A stretch of 64,000 nt of DNA from assembly GCA_963803145.1 (NCBI GenBank), contig CAWDLW010000015.1, positions 352,001 through 416,000 of the forward strand, given 5' to 3'. Below, in pieces: positions 63,066 to 64,000 of this stretch; position 1 is the first letter of the stretch, and each line of letters begins with the position of its first letter. The position numbers were made by a program, and so were the translations under genes. A model generated the notes under the pieces. That model did no database searches and was not told the DNA's origin. It was given only the letters and a program-made list of their open reading frames with translations. This DNA is from Methanotrichaceae archaeon. GTDB taxonomy: Archaea > Halobacteriota > Methanosarcinia > Methanotrichales > Methanotrichaceae.

Positions 63066-63512
63066 ATGAATAACCGACTTATATCTCTAATAGCCCTATT
63101 AGGAATTATAGCTGTCCTAAGTATAGCGGCAGCTTCTGCCCAAGAGAATGGCGCTGCTAGATTAAATAATATTTCCCAGGAAAATGGGACTTTTAACAAT
63201 ACCGACATAAATCTTTCGGATATGAGTAATAAAACAATTAATGAAACTAATTTTAATCAACCTAACCCTTCAAATGGAGATGTTTTTTTAATTACTAGTA
63301 ATGTGACGGCTAGGCCAATGAGCGGCATCGGGATAAATGTCTCAGACGAAAGCCCGAGGGTTCAATTGCCCAAAAAAGCGACGTTCTTAATAAGCGGCTA
63401 TACCAGGCCAAAAACAGGTGCAGTCTATGAGAATACATCTCTACTTAACGCCGCTTCTCTTAGCCGTGGCGTTGAGGGCACACCGCATGGATATACGACG
63501 TACTACAACTAA
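63066..63512 (+). CDS. Secreted Asn-rich hypothetical protein
   Basis: Signal peptide, NxT/S sequons, C-terminal TPHGY. Confidence 0.6.
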   Translation: MNNRLISLIALLGIIAVLSIAAASAQENGAARLNNISQENGTFNNTDINLSDMSNKTINETNFNQPNPSNGDVFLITSNVTARPMSGIGINVSDESPRVQLPKKATFLISGYTRPKTGAVYENTSLLNAASLSRGVEGTPHGYTTYYN

Positions 63513-64000
63513 AGTTTAATGATTCTATATGGCTTCCTAGAGCGACTGGATGGTTTGCAGAAGATGCTTGTATGTCGAATCTTAGTATGTGTTTAGCTAT
63601 ACCAGACTCGGTTGTTAGATGCGGGTTTCAGTTCCTAACGGAATAATATATATTAGTCTGTATTTAAATGAAATCGATATCATTGGCGTCTTGGCCCTCA
63701 AAACAACCTTTAGCAATTAGCAGCAGGAGAAGTCGTAAAAATGGCTCATGGATACTGATTATAGTGAGCTAAACACATACGAATCTTATTATCCCAGTAG
63801 GGTTTGTAGCTGTTTCATCAGCCGATTCAATGGCGGTCATATTTTCTCTAGTATTTGAGTTCGTATCTGAAATTCAAAGATCGTTTTTGAAGTGATAAAT
63901 ATCATTCCAGTATGCCCTGACATATCTTCGATGATTGCCAACATTTACCGATTGACCTAATATATTTAAATTGGATCAAAGCATCCAGCTTTTAGGCATC

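Noticed and set aside
63513-64000. Possible RNA gene in the terminal intergenic region
   Set aside because: No tRNA cloverleaf, rRNA similarity or convincing structure recognised

Overview
AT/GC-mosaic window from a methanogenic archaeon; gene content and style suggest Methanothrix/Methanotrichaceae (inference, no marker gene present). Core blocks: a formylmethanofuran dehydrogenase operon fmdF-A-C-D-B plus a second partial fmdD-like gene; a modABC / F420-binding beta subunit / fmdE-like / fdhA / fdhD cluster next to an OFA-type MFS transporter; mutL; and a thiF/ubaA-thiI-SAMP sulfur relay. Between these lie AT-rich accessory islands with about 10 IS elements (IS66, IS200, four IS630, two IS1, two IS701/IS4-like), MITEs and remnants. 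Most have readable TIRs/TSDs, and several split genes that can be rebuilt in frame. Main discoveries: (1) a candidate archaeal RiPP cluster at 7.5-14.3 kb, with an unannotated 33-aa precursor (MKYEKPEITELELNDEIDDDEISINCEGCGCGT), a PqqD/RRE protein, a prenyltransferase/squalene-cyclase-fold enzyme, an IS66-split radical SAM/SPASM enzyme and an MBL hydrolase; (2) a CRISPR-independent CARF-HEPN plus mCpol nucleotide-signalling operon at 37.6-39.0 kb, divergent from an ApeA-like HEPN gene; (3) a membrane protein / caspase / NB-ARC-TPR module at 16.2-21.5 kb; (4) a tandem array of at least 7 microproteins sharing an N-terminal L-x-x-R-L-x-x-L-E motif at 54.9-56.3 kb; (5) a duplicated GC-rich structured non-coding element. 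No rRNA, tRNA or CRISPR array was seen. All family assignments come from motif recognition by eye, not from database searches.
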